DNA from: a virus
Taxonomy: Duplodnaviria > Caudoviricetes
Reading direction: 5' to 3' (one strand)
Virus record (IMG/VR): IMGVR_UViG_3300028844_003505
Span: 1-60,730 of that record
DNA length: 60,730 nucleotides
Under the pieces are notes generated by a model. That model was not told the DNA's origin, made no database searches, and was given only the letters and a program-made list of their open reading frames with translations. Shown here in pieces: positions 21,134-32,060 of the stretch. The translations under genes and the position numbers were made by a program. Each line of letters begins with the position of its first letter. Position 1 is the first letter of the stretch.

Positions 21134-21829
21134 ATGAAGATAACAGAAAAAACAAAACAACTATTACATAATTTTAGATTAATAAGTAATTCTATTGTAT
21201 TTACACCCGGAAACACAATTTCCATTGTACATAACAATAGAGTTGCATCAGCCGAAGCAACTATTTCTGAAACATTTCCTCAAGAATTTGCAATATCCGA
21301 TCTTAAAAAGTTTCTAGATATTTTAAAAACAGATGTGGAATGTGATGTTGAGTTTCATGATAATCATGTAGAGATAAGACAATCTGATAAAGGGAAATTA
21401 TTGAGTACAACGAATGTTATATATGCAAACAAAAATTTCATCCAACACAAAACTGGTGTTAGTGTTCCGACCAATGATTTAGTAACAGTTAAATTATCTG
21501 CATCTAATATAAAAGAGATATACCGAATTAGTAATGTATTGATGTTAGAAGACATGCTTATCACTGGTGATGAAAAAAATATCACATTGAAGTTGGTAAA
21601 TAAAAGTGTAAAGGGGTTGAATGATTCTTTTGAGTTGGATTTGGGAGAAAATAAATCTGGATATATATTTAGAGTGTATTTTAAAATAATGCACCTTAGA
21701 TTATTGGAGGGGGATTATACATTGCATATTAGAGATACCTTTACTGAATTTGTATTGGATAGCGAACCTGTAAAATATTGGTTGTCAAATGAACAAGATA
21801 GCGTATTTAAGGAAATAGAACATGGATAA
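21134..21829 (+). CDS. gp45: Sliding clamp gp45
   Basis: MKITEKTKQLLHNF..ISNSI, FPQEFAISDLKKFL; preceded by TATAAATA at 21067; upstream of gp44. Confidence 0.88.
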   Translation: MKITEKTKQLLHNFRLISNSIVFTPGNTISIVHNNRVASAEATISETFPQEFAISDLKKFLDILKTDVECDVEFHDNHVEIRQSDKGKLLSTTNVIYANKNFIQHKTGVSVPTNDLVTVKLSASNIKEIYRISNVLMLEDMLITGDEKNITLKLVNKSVKGLNDSFELDLGENKSGYIFRVYFKIMHLRLLEGDYTLHIRDTFTEFVLDSEPVKYWLSNEQDSVFKEIEHG

Positions 21830-22763
21830 TAAACCCGTTGAAAAGATATGGTTTGAAAAATACAGACCAAAAAAATTAGAAGATTGTATATTACCAAATA
21901 ATTTATATACCGACTTTGATAATATGATCAAGAAAGGTGACTTCCCGCATTTATTATTAACAGGTTCTCCGGGTATCGGAAAGACAACAGTAGCAAAAAT
22001 ATTGGCTACTAGTCTAGGATCAGATTATATTGTTATAAATGCATCAAAGGATAGAAACATTGATACTCTTAGACATGAGATTACCAATTTTGCATCGAGT
22101 GTAAGTTTGAATGGCAAGGAAAAAGTTATCATACTTGATGAAGGTGATTATTTAAATCCACAATCAACACAACCTGCTTTACGTGGGTTGTTAGAACAGT
22201 ATGCTAATAATTGTAGATTTATTTTCACCTGTAATTATAAAAACAAAATCTTAGAAGCATTACATTCCAGAACTTCCATCAAGTCGTTTAAAATTGATAA
22301 AGAAGAACGTGGGAAGATTGCTGTAAAATTTTTAAAGCGGATATGTGATATTCTTGATGCTGAAAATATTGTATATGATAAACAAAGTGTAGCTACACTT
22401 ATATTGAGACATCTTCCAGATTTTAGAAGAGTGTTTAATGAGCTACAAGATTCATGTTCTACGGGCGTGTACATACACAAGATAGATAAAGAATCTAATG
22501 ATGTCCAAGACTTGGTTGTACATTTAAAAGTAAAAGATTTTACGGCTATGAAGACGTGGGTTCATGAAAACATAGACAATGATCCAACTTATTTCTTCAA
22601 TATTTTATATACACATTTATATGATGTTATGAAAAAAGAGTCTATTCCACAAGCGGTAGTAATCATGGCAGATTATCAATATAAATCAGCATTCGTGATA
22701 AATCAGGAAATAAATATGGTTTCTTGCTTGACCGAAATTATGAATGAGTGTCGATTTATTTAA
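21822..22763 (+). CDS. gp44: Clamp loader large subunit gp44
   Basis: WFEKYRP, GSPGIGKTT, ILDEGD, FIFTCN, ALHSR motifs. Confidence 0.96.
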   Translation: MDNKPVEKIWFEKYRPKKLEDCILPNNLYTDFDNMIKKGDFPHLLLTGSPGIGKTTVAKILATSLGSDYIVINASKDRNIDTLRHEITNFASSVSLNGKEKVIILDEGDYLNPQSTQPALRGLLEQYANNCRFIFTCNYKNKILEALHSRTSIKSFKIDKEERGKIAVKFLKRICDILDAENIVYDKQSVATLILRHLPDFRRVFNELQDSCSTGVYIHKIDKESNDVQDLVVHLKVKDFTAMKTWVHENIDNDPTYFFNILYTHLYDVMKKESIPQAVVIMADYQYKSAFVINQEINMVSCLTEIMNECRFI

Positions 22764-22821
22764 TATCTTACGACAGTTTGTTATATAAATATTATGTAAC
22801 CCATTTCATATAGGAGAACAT

Positions 22822-23175
22822 ATGTCGGAAGATCAACATAAAAAGAATTTTGATATTGAGCTAAATGATAGTGCAATTATTATCAGAAAAACAGGTCATG
22901 TCGAAGTTATAGCATATAAGCCTAGAGATAATGATGAAATTACTGATAGTGAAGAACTGGCACTTGCATTTACTCTTGTATTGAATAATGCCGAATTATA
23001 TGAAATGGTTATGGAAAATTATGAAAATGTAATGTTGGAAGCAGAATCTGAAAATGAAGATATTGTTGGTAAAGAACTTGAAATAATAATAGAAAATGAA
23101 CAAACAAAAGATCGAGTAGCTTTGCCATTCAATAGAACTGAATATGGAAACTATGGATTTGATAATTTAAATTAA
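22822..23175 (+). CDS. Acidic hypothetical protein
   Basis: ORF with AGGAG RBS after TATAAATA at 22784. Confidence 0.65.
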   Translation: MSEDQHKKNFDIELNDSAIIIRKTGHVEVIAYKPRDNDEITDSEELALAFTLVLNNAELYEMVMENYENVMLEAESENEDIVGKELEIIIENEQTKDRVALPFNRTEYGNYGFDNLN

Positions 23176-23183
23176 GGATTTTA

Positions 23184-23585
23184 ATGAACGTATTTGATTT
23201 TGTAAATGATATATCACATGAAAAGAATTATATATTCACAGATGAAGTATCTGGAGATTATAGTATATATTTAGTAAACAAAGCTTTTAGTTATTATGTA
23301 GACACTATATATCTTATAAATGAAATTAATAAGTACCCTTCAATTTCTAAAAAGATGCATTTTGATTATTTGTTTAATACAGTTAGATCAAGAAAGCGAT
23401 TTGCTACATGGAATAAATATGTTGAAAATGAAGATTTAGATTTGATTTCAGAATATTACAATTGCAATATACATAAAGCTAAACAGATTTTAAGATTATT
23501 AACTAAGCAAGACTTAACTGAGATAACAAATTACTTAGATGTTGGTGGTATAAGTAATGTCTCCCCAAATATAGAAAGGTATTAA
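23184..23585 (+). CDS. gp62: Clamp loader small subunit gp62
   Basis: FDFVNDI, VNKAFSY..DTI, RKRFATW, LDVGG motifs. Confidence 0.9.
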   Translation: MNVFDFVNDISHEKNYIFTDEVSGDYSIYLVNKAFSYYVDTIYLINEINKYPSISKKMHFDYLFNTVRSRKRFATWNKYVENEDLDLISEYYNCNIHKAKQILRLLTKQDLTEITNYLDVGGISNVSPNIERY

Positions 23586-23589
23586 CAAG

Positions 23590-24015
23590 ATGAATCAAGA
23601 ATTGTTAGATGTGGATTGGGGTGTTGATAACATGCTAGAAGTGCAAATCAAAGAGTACGATGATTTTTCAAAAATACGAGAAACGTTGACTCGAATGGGA
23701 ATTGCTTCTAAACGAAAAGATGAAAAAATTCTTTATCAATCTTGTCATATCCTACATAAAAAACAGAAGTATTACATAGTACATTTTAAAGAATTATTTG
23801 CATTAGACGGTAAGCCGACTAATATTTCTGATAATGATATTGCCAGAAGAAATAGAATCACTGATCTTTTGAATCAATGGAATTTAGTTGAACTCCCACA
23901 CGAAATAGAGGGAGAGTTGGTTCCTGTCAGTGAAATAAAAATAATTCCTTACAAAGAAAAAGAATTTTGGGACTTACAACCAAAATATAATATAGGGAAT
24001 GATAAAAGAGGATAA
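23590..24015 (+). CDS. regA: Translational repressor RegA
   Basis: DDFSKIRETLTRMGIAS, LYQSCHILHK, YIVHFKELF motifs. Confidence 0.96.
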   Translation: MNQELLDVDWGVDNMLEVQIKEYDDFSKIRETLTRMGIASKRKDEKILYQSCHILHKKQKYYIVHFKELFALDGKPTNISDNDIARRNRITDLLNQWNLVELPHEIEGELVPVSEIKIIPYKEKEFWDLQPKYNIGNDKRG

Positions 24016-24022
24016 TTACTAA

Positions 24023-24430
24023 ATGAAAAAATATTTTTCTATTGTGATAATATTTTTTACATTATTAGTTTCTACCATTACTTATGCACATCACATTAGT
24101 TCTGAAATTGTATTTCAAACATTACACAAACTTATAAACGATACCGAATTTGAAAATGTAGGAGAGATGCATTGGAAAAATGGTAATGATAGTGGTCGTG
24201 TAGGATTGCATATAGGAATTATAAACAAACAATTAGGTAAGCCTTGTAGGATATTTGAATTAGAACATAATTTAGATGGTCTTGTATATACTGCCGAAGG
24301 TTTGTTATGTTTGGATGAATCTGGTAGTTGGGAATTGGTATCACTTATACCTGATCCAAAAAATCCAAAATTTAAACCATTAGATAAATCGCATTACAAA
24401 GAACAATATGAGGCGAATAAAAATTATTAG
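24023..24430 (+). CDS. Exported protein resembling 17-kDa surface-antigen domain
   Basis: Signal peptide; WKN..SG, PCRIF..G..C...GSW pattern. Confidence 0.55.
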   Translation: MKKYFSIVIIFFTLLVSTITYAHHISSEIVFQTLHKLINDTEFENVGEMHWKNGNDSGRVGLHIGIINKQLGKPCRIFELEHNLDGLVYTAEGLLCLDESGSWELVSLIPDPKNPKFKPLDKSHYKEQYEANKNY

Positions 24431-24449
24431 TCTTACTTTATAACTTTGA

Positions 24450-24752
24450 TTGAAAGGTATTATGTTAAAAATTCTTAGCTTAGTAAACGGAAATGAAATC
24501 ATGGGGCATGTGACGGAAGTATCAGAAAACCTATTAAAAATAGAAAAGCCATTGATACTGGCTATGAATCCAAAGGAACGGCAAATTATTTTTCTTGATT
24601 TGTTGTTGTATTCGGATGAAAAGGAAATTGAAATTAAACGAGATCATATTGTGTTTATGTCAGAACCCTTAGAGAGTATGAAAGAAAAACACAATGATTT
24701 TTGGGGGCAAGGTTCTGAAATTGTAGTACCAGATTCTACTATCATTTCTTAA
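24450..24752 (+). CDS. Conserved T4-like hypothetical protein (Sm-like fold suspected)
   Basis: LVNGNEIMG..IEKPL motif; immediately before gp43. Confidence 0.55.
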   Translation: MKGIMLKILSLVNGNEIMGHVTEVSENLLKIEKPLILAMNPKERQIIFLDLLLYSDEKEIEIKRDHIVFMSEPLESMKEKHNDFWGQGSEIVVPDSTIIS

Positions 24753-24802
24753 ATATAAAATAATTTCTTGTTATTAACAACATATTATGGTACAATATTA
24801 TT

Positions 24803-27307
24803 ATGATCCGAAAATTTTATACGAATGTATTTCCACTTAAAGGTAAAATATACGAGAGGTTTATAGACGACAATGGTTTAAAACAATTTACCAGTGTTAA
24901 CTATAAACCTTCTCTTTTTGAAGACGAATATTTACGATCCGATGGTTCTATGACACCATCTGGTTATGAAACTATTGATAAAAGACCTGCCAAAAAAATA
25001 GATTTTAAATCAATATATCAAGCCAAGCAATGGATAAAAGATAATAAAGGAATCGATAACCACAACATATATGGAAACGTGGATTTTCAATATCCATATA
25101 TTTCTGATATGTATCCTGATACTATTAATTATGATATTTCCAAGGTAGATATATTATTTTTTGATATTGAGGTAACAGCGAACAATGGATTTCCTAACGT
25201 TGATGATCCAGAAGATTCAGTTACTTCTATAACAGCACATTTAAATGGTAAATATCATGTTTTTGGTTTAGAGCAGTATACACCAAAAAGTTCCAATGTA
25301 GATTATACACTATGTTCCAGCGAACAAGATTTGTTATTTAAATTTATCACATTTTGGTCTAACGCAAAACCAGATATTGTTACTGGATGGTTTATTAAAC
25401 TGTTTGATATTCCTTATCTGATCGGTAGATGTATAAAGATTGGAATGAAAGATGAAATGAAATATCTTTCGCCTGTCAAGACAATCTTTGAAAAGTATGT
25501 ACATTTAAATAATAAAGATAATAGATGCTTCGATATATATGGAATATCTATATTAGATTATTATGACCTATATAAAAAATTCTCTCCTAAAAAACAAGAA
25601 TCATATAAATTAGGTTATATCGGATATGCCGAATTAGGATTGGACAAAATCCAAGATGATGAAATTGCTGGTTATAATTTATATAAAACAGATTATGAAA
25701 AGTTCATTGACTATAACATAAGAGATGTTGAAATTGTAGTTGAATTAGAGAGTAAATTAAAGATGATCGAATTGGTAATGTTTATAGCCTATCATGCAAA
25801 GGTTAATTACCAAGATGTTTTTTCTCCCGTTAAGACGTGGGATACCATCATTTTTAATTATCTAAAACAACATAAAATTGTTATTCCCCATAAAGATGCA
25901 AAAAGAAAAGATGCTAAATATGAGGGGGCATATGTAAAGGAGCCGAATTGTGGACGATATAATAATATATTATTATATGATTTCACATCACTATATCCCA
26001 GAATTATTTGTAGTTTGAATATAGGACCAGAAACAAAACGAGAGTATTATGATTTTGGAAGAGGTATTCAAGATGAATTGAATGGAGCAATTTCAAATAT
26101 AGATGTTGAATCAGTTCTAGAAAAAACAATGGACTTAGATGTTTTGAAGAAAGTTGGTTGTGGGATTGGTGTGAATGGTACATTATACGATAATTCGTTT
26201 CCGGGTATGTTGTCTATATTGATTAAAAAATTATCTAGTGATAGAACTGAGGCTCAAGAAAAAATGTTTGGATATCGGATTGAAGATGAATTTGGTTATG
26301 CATCTGAAATATCTTATTTGGATGTCAAACAACAGGCATTGAAAATTCTTCTTAACTCCCTGTATGGGGGATTAGGAAACCAATATTTTAGATTTTATGA
26401 TATCGACAATGCGGAAGCTGTTACTGTCACAGGACAAGCCTTGATTCAATGGGTAGAACGAAACATAAACAAGTTTTTGAATACATATTTTAATACAACT
26501 GATTTTGAATATGCATTTTATTGTGATACTGATTCTGTATTCTTAACAATACCAGATATTGATGTAGATAAATTAAAAGAATTTGGTAATAATATAATCA
26601 CTCCAAAGATAAAAGAATTGGTTGCCGAAGCTAGTGAATATTTAAATATGTATGAAAACTTTTTGTCAATGGGAATGGAAATAATAGCTAACACGGGTAT
26701 ATGGACTGCTAAGAAGCGATACATGATGAATGTTGTTCATAAGGATGGAAAGGATTATGACGAAGCTAGATTGAAGATAATGGGTATAGAGTCGGTAAGA
26801 ACATCAACACCAGAAATAGTACGCAAACGTATTGAAGAATGTATTACAATTATTTTAAGAAAGGAAAAGGCTGATGTTGAAAAATTCGTTCTTGATTTTG
26901 AAAAGGAATTTTCGTCATTACCTCCAGAAGATATTGCATTTCCAACCTCGATAAATGATATAGGCAAATATAAAAGTGATGATCTGTATTATCGTCTATA
27001 TGAAAAAGGAACTCCCATACATGTGCGGGGGAGTATTCTTTATAACAATCAGTTAACCGAACATGGGTTGACTCAATGGTATAATGAAATTAGAGATGGA
27101 GATAAAATTAAATTTGTGTATTTGATGTTGCCTAATGGTATTGGGGAGAATGTTATTTCATTTCCTTCAATACTACCAGAAGAATATGACTTACATAATT
27201 ATATAGATTATAAAACACAATTTCAAAAAACTTTTTTAGAACCAATAGAAAGAATAACAGATATTATTAATTGGAGAATTAACGGAACTCCATCGTTACC
27301 ATTTTAA
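24803..27307 (+). CDS. gp43: Family B DNA polymerase gp43
   Basis: FDIEV exonuclease, YDFTSLYP, KILLNSLYG, YCDTDS, KKRY motifs. Confidence 0.98.
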   Translation: MIRKFYTNVFPLKGKIYERFIDDNGLKQFTSVNYKPSLFEDEYLRSDGSMTPSGYETIDKRPAKKIDFKSIYQAKQWIKDNKGIDNHNIYGNVDFQYPYISDMYPDTINYDISKVDILFFDIEVTANNGFPNVDDPEDSVTSITAHLNGKYHVFGLEQYTPKSSNVDYTLCSSEQDLLFKFITFWSNAKPDIVTGWFIKLFDIPYLIGRCIKIGMKDEMKYLSPVKTIFEKYVHLNNKDNRCFDIYGISILDYYDLYKKFSPKKQESYKLGYIGYAELGLDKIQDDEIAGYNLYKTDYEKFIDYNIRDVEIVVELESKLKMIELVMFIAYHAKVNYQDVFSPVKTWDTIIFNYLKQHKIVIPHKDAKRKDAKYEGAYVKEPNCGRYNNILLYDFTSLYPRIICSLNIGPETKREYYDFGRGIQDELNGAISNIDVESVLEKTMDLDVLKKVGCGIGVNGTLYDNSFPGMLSILIKKLSSDRTEAQEKMFGYRIEDEFGYASEISYLDVKQQALKILLNSLYGGLGNQYFRFYDIDNAEAVTVTGQALIQWVERNINKFLNTYFNTTDFEYAFYCDTDSVFLTIPDIDVDKLKEFGNNIITPKIKELVAEASEYLNMYENFLSMGMEIIANTGIWTAKKRYMMNVVHKDGKDYDEARLKIMGIESVRTSTPEIVRKRIEECITIILRKEKADVEKFVLDFEKEFSSLPPEDIAFPTSINDIGKYKSDDLYYRLYEKGTPIHVRGSILYNNQLTEHGLTQWYNEIRDGDKIKFVYLMLPNGIGENVISFPSILPEEYDLHNYIDYKTQFQKTFLEPIERITDIINWRINGTPSLPF

Positions 27308-27319
27308 GGAATCTATATT

Positions 27320-28636
27320 ATGAATGATGTATTGAAAATATTAAATGAGATATCATCTACACCAAAGAAGAATTTAAAAATTGAAATATTAAAAAGGTAT
27401 CATCATTTTAAAATTTTAAAAAAAGTGTTGGTAGCTACTTACGACCCAAACATAACATATTATATTAAAAAAATTCCAGAATATACTGCTTCGGGTGATC
27501 ATGATCTTCGATGGGCTATGGATAGATTGATAAAATTGTCTGACAGAACCTATACTGGACATGATGGTATTGAGTGGTTGAAAAAAACTCTTGAAGGAGT
27601 TTCTTATACCACAGCTATAGTAATTGAACGTATTATCAAACGAGATTTGAGATGTGGGTTTTCTGCATCTACTATTAATAAAGTTTGGACTGACCTTATA
27701 CCAAAATATAAGTTGATGTTGGCGTACCCTCGTAAGGGTCATGTTTTTACTTATCCTCAAATGGCAGAGGTTAAATCAGATGGTATGCGGTGTAATGTAT
27801 TCGTTTCTGGTGATGAAATAAATTTTATCAGTAGAAGTGGAAAGCCATTAAAAATGTACGACCACATGAAAAAAGAATTTAGTATGATGGTTGCTGGTCC
27901 TGATTATGATAATGGAGATTGGGTGTTTGATGGTGAGTTGATGGTTATGAAAAATGGAGAGTTATTGGATAGAAAAACTGGAAACGGAATTTTAAATAAG
28001 GCGGTGAAGAATACTATAACCAAAGAAGAAGTTAAAGATGTTGTTATGGTGTTGTGGGATGCAGTACCACTTGCAGACTTTAATGCTGGAATATGTCGTA
28101 TCGAAGCATCTACAAGATATCATTACGTTATATGTGGAACCGCTCATATAGATTATGTATATGAGAACGAAGCAAGGCCACATTCCCCATTATTTGCAAC
28201 TGAAAATTGGATTATAAATTCAGAAGAAGAACTTGATGCTTTGTTTGAAAAAGTAATACAAGAGGGTAAAGAAGGATTGATTGTAAAAAATCCAAACGGA
28301 TTTTGGAAAAATAAGAAATCCAAAGATTGGATTAAGATGAAGTTGGAAAAGGATATAGAGTTGGTAGTTACTGGTTGGGAATATGGAAAAGCTGGAACTA
28401 AATATGAAAAGATGATGGGTGCGTTGATAGTAGAAAATCGTGATGGTACTTTGAAAGTGAGTATTGGTGGTGGTTGGAGTGACCATGATAGAGAAACCAT
28501 TACCAAATCATGTATTGGGGAAATTATAACCGTTAAATATAACACACGAATAACAAGCAAATCCTCTGATATTGAAAGTCTCTACTTACCTAGATTTGAA
28601 GAGTTTCGATATGACAAGGATGAAGCAGATTTATAG
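27320..28636 (+). CDS. gp30: ATP-dependent DNA ligase gp30
   Basis: KSDGMR, FDGEL, EGLIVK, WIKMK, SLYLPRF motifs. Confidence 0.95.
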   Translation: MNDVLKILNEISSTPKKNLKIEILKRYHHFKILKKVLVATYDPNITYYIKKIPEYTASGDHDLRWAMDRLIKLSDRTYTGHDGIEWLKKTLEGVSYTTAIVIERIIKRDLRCGFSASTINKVWTDLIPKYKLMLAYPRKGHVFTYPQMAEVKSDGMRCNVFVSGDEINFISRSGKPLKMYDHMKKEFSMMVAGPDYDNGDWVFDGELMVMKNGELLDRKTGNGILNKAVKNTITKEEVKDVVMVLWDAVPLADFNAGICRIEASTRYHYVICGTAHIDYVYENEARPHSPLFATENWIINSEEELDALFEKVIQEGKEGLIVKNPNGFWKNKKSKDWIKMKLEKDIELVVTGWEYGKAGTKYEKMMGALIVENRDGTLKVSIGGGWSDHDRETITKSCIGEIITVKYNTRITSKSSDIESLYLPRFEEFRYDKDEADL

Positions 28637-28644
28637 GAGAAGTA

Positions 28645-29700
28645 ATGTCTTTAAAAGATGAAATAGCAAGTATGTTGAAAGCATCTAAGAATGAGTTGGC
28701 AACATTGGTTGGAAAAGATGGGATCGTTGGTGAGGAAATGGAATTTATTGATACTGGTTCTTATATATTAAATGCTCAATTATCAGCATCTATATTTGGT
28801 GGATTGCCAAACAATTTAATTACTGTATTGTCTGGTAATGAAAGTGTTGGTAAAACTTATATGGCTTTACAAATGGCTAAAAACTTTCAGGATCAATATG
28901 ATACTGGTGTTATAGGATATTACGAAACAGAACATGCATTGATGACTAAAATGTTGGTTGATCGTGGGATTGATACTAATCGATGGATGCACCATCCTGT
29001 AGCAACTGTAGAAGCTTTTAGAACTCAAGCTGTAAAGGAATTAGAAAATTATAAAAAAACCTCTGAAATGAAATTGATGATGGTGCTTGATTCACTTGGA
29101 AATTTATCTACTAATAAAGAAATGGGAGATATACTTAGTGGTGATGATAAGCGAGATATGACAAGAGCCGCATTAATCAAAGGCGCATTTAGAGTATTAG
29201 CAATGGAACTTGGAAATTTAGGTGTTCCTTTAATCGTTACAAATCATGTATACGAAACTATGGCACTGTATTCATCTAAACAACAATCTGGCGGTTCTGG
29301 TGTTAGGTATGGTGCGGATACTATTTTAGAGATATCTAAGGCTCAAAACAAGGATAAAGCAAAGAATGTTATTGGTAGCATCCTAACTTTCAAAGCCGCA
29401 AAATCAAGATTGACAAGAGAAAAGTCTGTTGTTAAATCTAGATTATTTTATGATACTGGATTGGATAGATATTATGGTCTGATTGATCTTGGTGCTATTG
29501 GTGGATTGTTTAAAAAAGTTGGTAATAAGTGGGAGTGGCCTGATGGAACTTCTGAAACTGAAAACAAAATTTATGATAACCCAGCAAAATTTTTCACTTC
29601 AGATATATTATTATCGCTAGATGAAATAGCTAAAGACGTTTTTAGTTATCAATCGTCTAAAGAATTATTAGTGGTTGAAGAGGATGAAGAAATTTCTTAA
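28645..29700 (+). CDS. uvsX: RecA-like recombinase UvsX
   Basis: DTGSYILNA, GNESVGKT, LDSLGNL, DMTRA, VTNHVY motifs. Confidence 0.95.
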   Translation: MSLKDEIASMLKASKNELATLVGKDGIVGEEMEFIDTGSYILNAQLSASIFGGLPNNLITVLSGNESVGKTYMALQMAKNFQDQYDTGVIGYYETEHALMTKMLVDRGIDTNRWMHHPVATVEAFRTQAVKELENYKKTSEMKLMMVLDSLGNLSTNKEMGDILSGDDKRDMTRAALIKGAFRVLAMELGNLGVPLIVTNHVYETMALYSSKQQSGGSGVRYGADTILEISKAQNKDKAKNVIGSILTFKAAKSRLTREKSVVKSRLFYDTGLDRYYGLIDLGAIGGLFKKVGNKWEWPDGTSETENKIYDNPAKFFTSDILLSLDEIAKDVFSYQSSKELLVVEEDEEIS

Positions 29701-30194
29701 AATAGGAAAATTTATTGAGTGGCTTAAATATGATTGGGTCCATCACAAGTTTCGATTTTTTATGGAAACGATTGGAACTATATTCATGTTTATATTTATG
29801 ATACTTTTGAGTTGGTATGGCAACACAATAAATGTTGCGGTATTATTATTATTCGAAGGACTTGGTTGTATTTGCCACTGTATAAATGGATACCTTAGAC
29901 AAAGTATAAATATAATGATTCTGAACATAGTAGCATTCTTAATTGTTGTATTTGGGATATTAAAATATTTTTGGAGTTGATATGAAATTTATATGTAATG
30001 GGGATCGGGTATGGAAACCTAAATTTAGAAAGGTGTATGATGATAACCACAATAAAAAATGGGATAATGTTTTACATGAGTTAGTCACGTTATTAAAAGA
30101 GGAACGATATGAGGATTCTAATATTATGTGGTCTCATTATCAATGTGATTGTTGTAAATCATTATTTTGGGAAAGTGACCCAATAAATGGTTAA
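29675..30194 (+). other. Two hypothetical ORFs (29675-29980 multi-TM; 29982-30194)
   Basis: ORF track; hydrophobicity of the first. Confidence 0.55.
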
Positions 30195-30456
30195 ATATTC
30201 TTTTGTAGATAATTCCGAAGATGGAATCACTCATATTAGAATAGAAGAGGGTGTGTTTGTTGGTATCGTGTATAAATATGGAAAAGTTTCTTTTGGTGAA
30301 GATACTGGCAAAGGCCATTGTGATTTAAATTTTGCGTATTATATGGTTGATAATGCAAACATGATAATAAATGAACATAATGGAAAGGAATTTATAAACG
30401 TAATAGGAGATATTTTAGTAGATATTATTGAGAAACAAATACAACAATCAAAATAG
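30187..30456 (+). CDS. Conserved T4-like protein upstream of helicase (possible gp40 counterpart)
   Basis: IEEGVFVGIVYKYGKVSF motif; position between uvsX and gp41. Confidence 0.45.
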   Translation: MVKYSFVDNSEDGITHIRIEEGVFVGIVYKYGKVSFGEDTGKGHCDLNFAYYMVDNANMIINEHNGKEFINVIGDILVDIIEKQIQQSK

Positions 30457-30469
30457 AATGGGAGTTTTA

Positions 30470-31822
30470 GTGTCTAATATTAAGTTGACAGAAAAGATTA
30501 TTTTAGAAAATTTGATGTATGATTTAGAGTATATGCGAGTGATGTCTGGTTTTTTAGTATCAGATTGGTTTAGCGATAATAATAAAATTGTTTTCTTGAA
30601 AATAAAGGAACACTTCGACAAATATAATACACCACCAACAGAAGATGTTTTATTGTTGGCTATTGATAACGATGCTTCATTAAATGAAAGTGTATTTAAA
30701 GATTGTACTAATATTATACAATCATTAACTGCAACTAGTCAGAATTTGAATTGGTTGACAGATACAACAGAAAGTTGGGGAAGATCGCAAGCCATATATA
30801 ATGGGGTTCTCACTACCATTGATATTATGGACAAGGAAAAGAAAAACGAAAAATCAAAACGGTCTAGTGACGAAATACCAAATATATTATCAGATGCTAT
30901 TTCAACTGCAATTGATAAATCAGTTGGACATGATTATATTGAAGATGCTGATGCTAGATATGAGTCTTATCATAATCAGGAAGATCGTATTATGTTTGGG
31001 TTGGAATATTTCAATATAATTACCAATGGTGGGTTATTACGAAAAACACTTAATGTTATTTTAGGATCGACTGGTGGTGGAAAAACTTTAACCAAGTGTC
31101 ATCTTGCGGCTGATGCGCTTACATTAGGATATAATGTATTATATATAACACTAGAAATGTCGGAGGAAAAGATAGCAGAACGTATTGATGCTAATTTGTT
31201 AGATGTCGCCGTTGAAGATATTCCTCTTATACCGAAGTCGAATTTCAAAAGAAAGATCGAAGCATTAAAACAAAAGAAGGTTGGTAAGTTGAAGATTAAA
31301 GAGTATCCAACTGCAAATGCTAACGTAAATCATTTTAGGTTTTTACTAAACGAATTAAAAGTAAAACAGGATTTTATACCTGATATTATTTTTGTTGATT
31401 ATATTAATATTTGTTCTAGTACCAGAATAATATCTGGACAATCTCATAATACCTTCGTGTATGTGAAAGCAATAGCAGAAGAGTTGCGGGGATTAGGTCA
31501 AGAGTTTAACGTTCCTATTGTTACGTCATCACAATTTAATAGAGATGGTATGAATAGCTCTGATCCTTCGTTGACAAATACTTCTGAATCTATTGGATTA
31601 CCATTTACGGCTGATTTAATGATGGCAGTAATTATGACTGATGAATTAAAGAAGATGGGGCAAGTGCGGTATAAGCAATTAAAAAATAGATATAATGATG
31701 TTGCAAATCCTTCTAGTTTTTTAGTCGGATGTGATATTACAAAATTTAGATTATATGATATCAAACAAAGTCTGACCGGGGGTTCACAACAAAACACTAA
31801 ATTTTCGGGGTTTATTGTCTAA
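30470..31822 (+). CDS. gp41: Replicative helicase gp41
   Basis: VGHDY, TGGGKT, ITLEMSEE, IKEYPT, VDYINI, SESIGLP motifs; GTG start after GGAG. Confidence 0.96.
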   Translation: MSNIKLTEKIILENLMYDLEYMRVMSGFLVSDWFSDNNKIVFLKIKEHFDKYNTPPTEDVLLLAIDNDASLNESVFKDCTNIIQSLTATSQNLNWLTDTTESWGRSQAIYNGVLTTIDIMDKEKKNEKSKRSSDEIPNILSDAISTAIDKSVGHDYIEDADARYESYHNQEDRIMFGLEYFNIITNGGLLRKTLNVILGSTGGGKTLTKCHLAADALTLGYNVLYITLEMSEEKIAERIDANLLDVAVEDIPLIPKSNFKRKIEALKQKKVGKLKIKEYPTANANVNHFRFLLNELKVKQDFIPDIIFVDYINICSSTRIISGQSHNTFVYVKAIAEELRGLGQEFNVPIVTSSQFNRDGMNSSDPSLTNTSESIGLPFTADLMMAVIMTDELKKMGQVRYKQLKNRYNDVANPSSFLVGCDITKFRLYDIKQSLTGGSQQNTKFSGFIV

Positions 31823-32060
31823 TGCAATTACAAGTAACAAAGGAACGAATAGAAAATATGGTCAATCATTTGTACGCTCATGGAATAGATAGCGAGTCTT
31901 GGTCCGAAGATGATGTGTATTTTCTAAATATAGAAAAGATTGCTGTGTTGGAAAAAGTTAATTATATGAGTTGGATAAAAACATGGTTTCCTGCCACAGA
32001 ATTAATTGAGGAAACTGATACTATTATAAAATTATTATTAGCAGTTGAATAGGAATTATT

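Noticed and set aside
24803-31822. Introns, inteins or homing endonucleases in gp43, ligase, uvsX or gp41; alternative genetic code
   Set aside because: ORFs are uninterrupted and of normal length under code 11.
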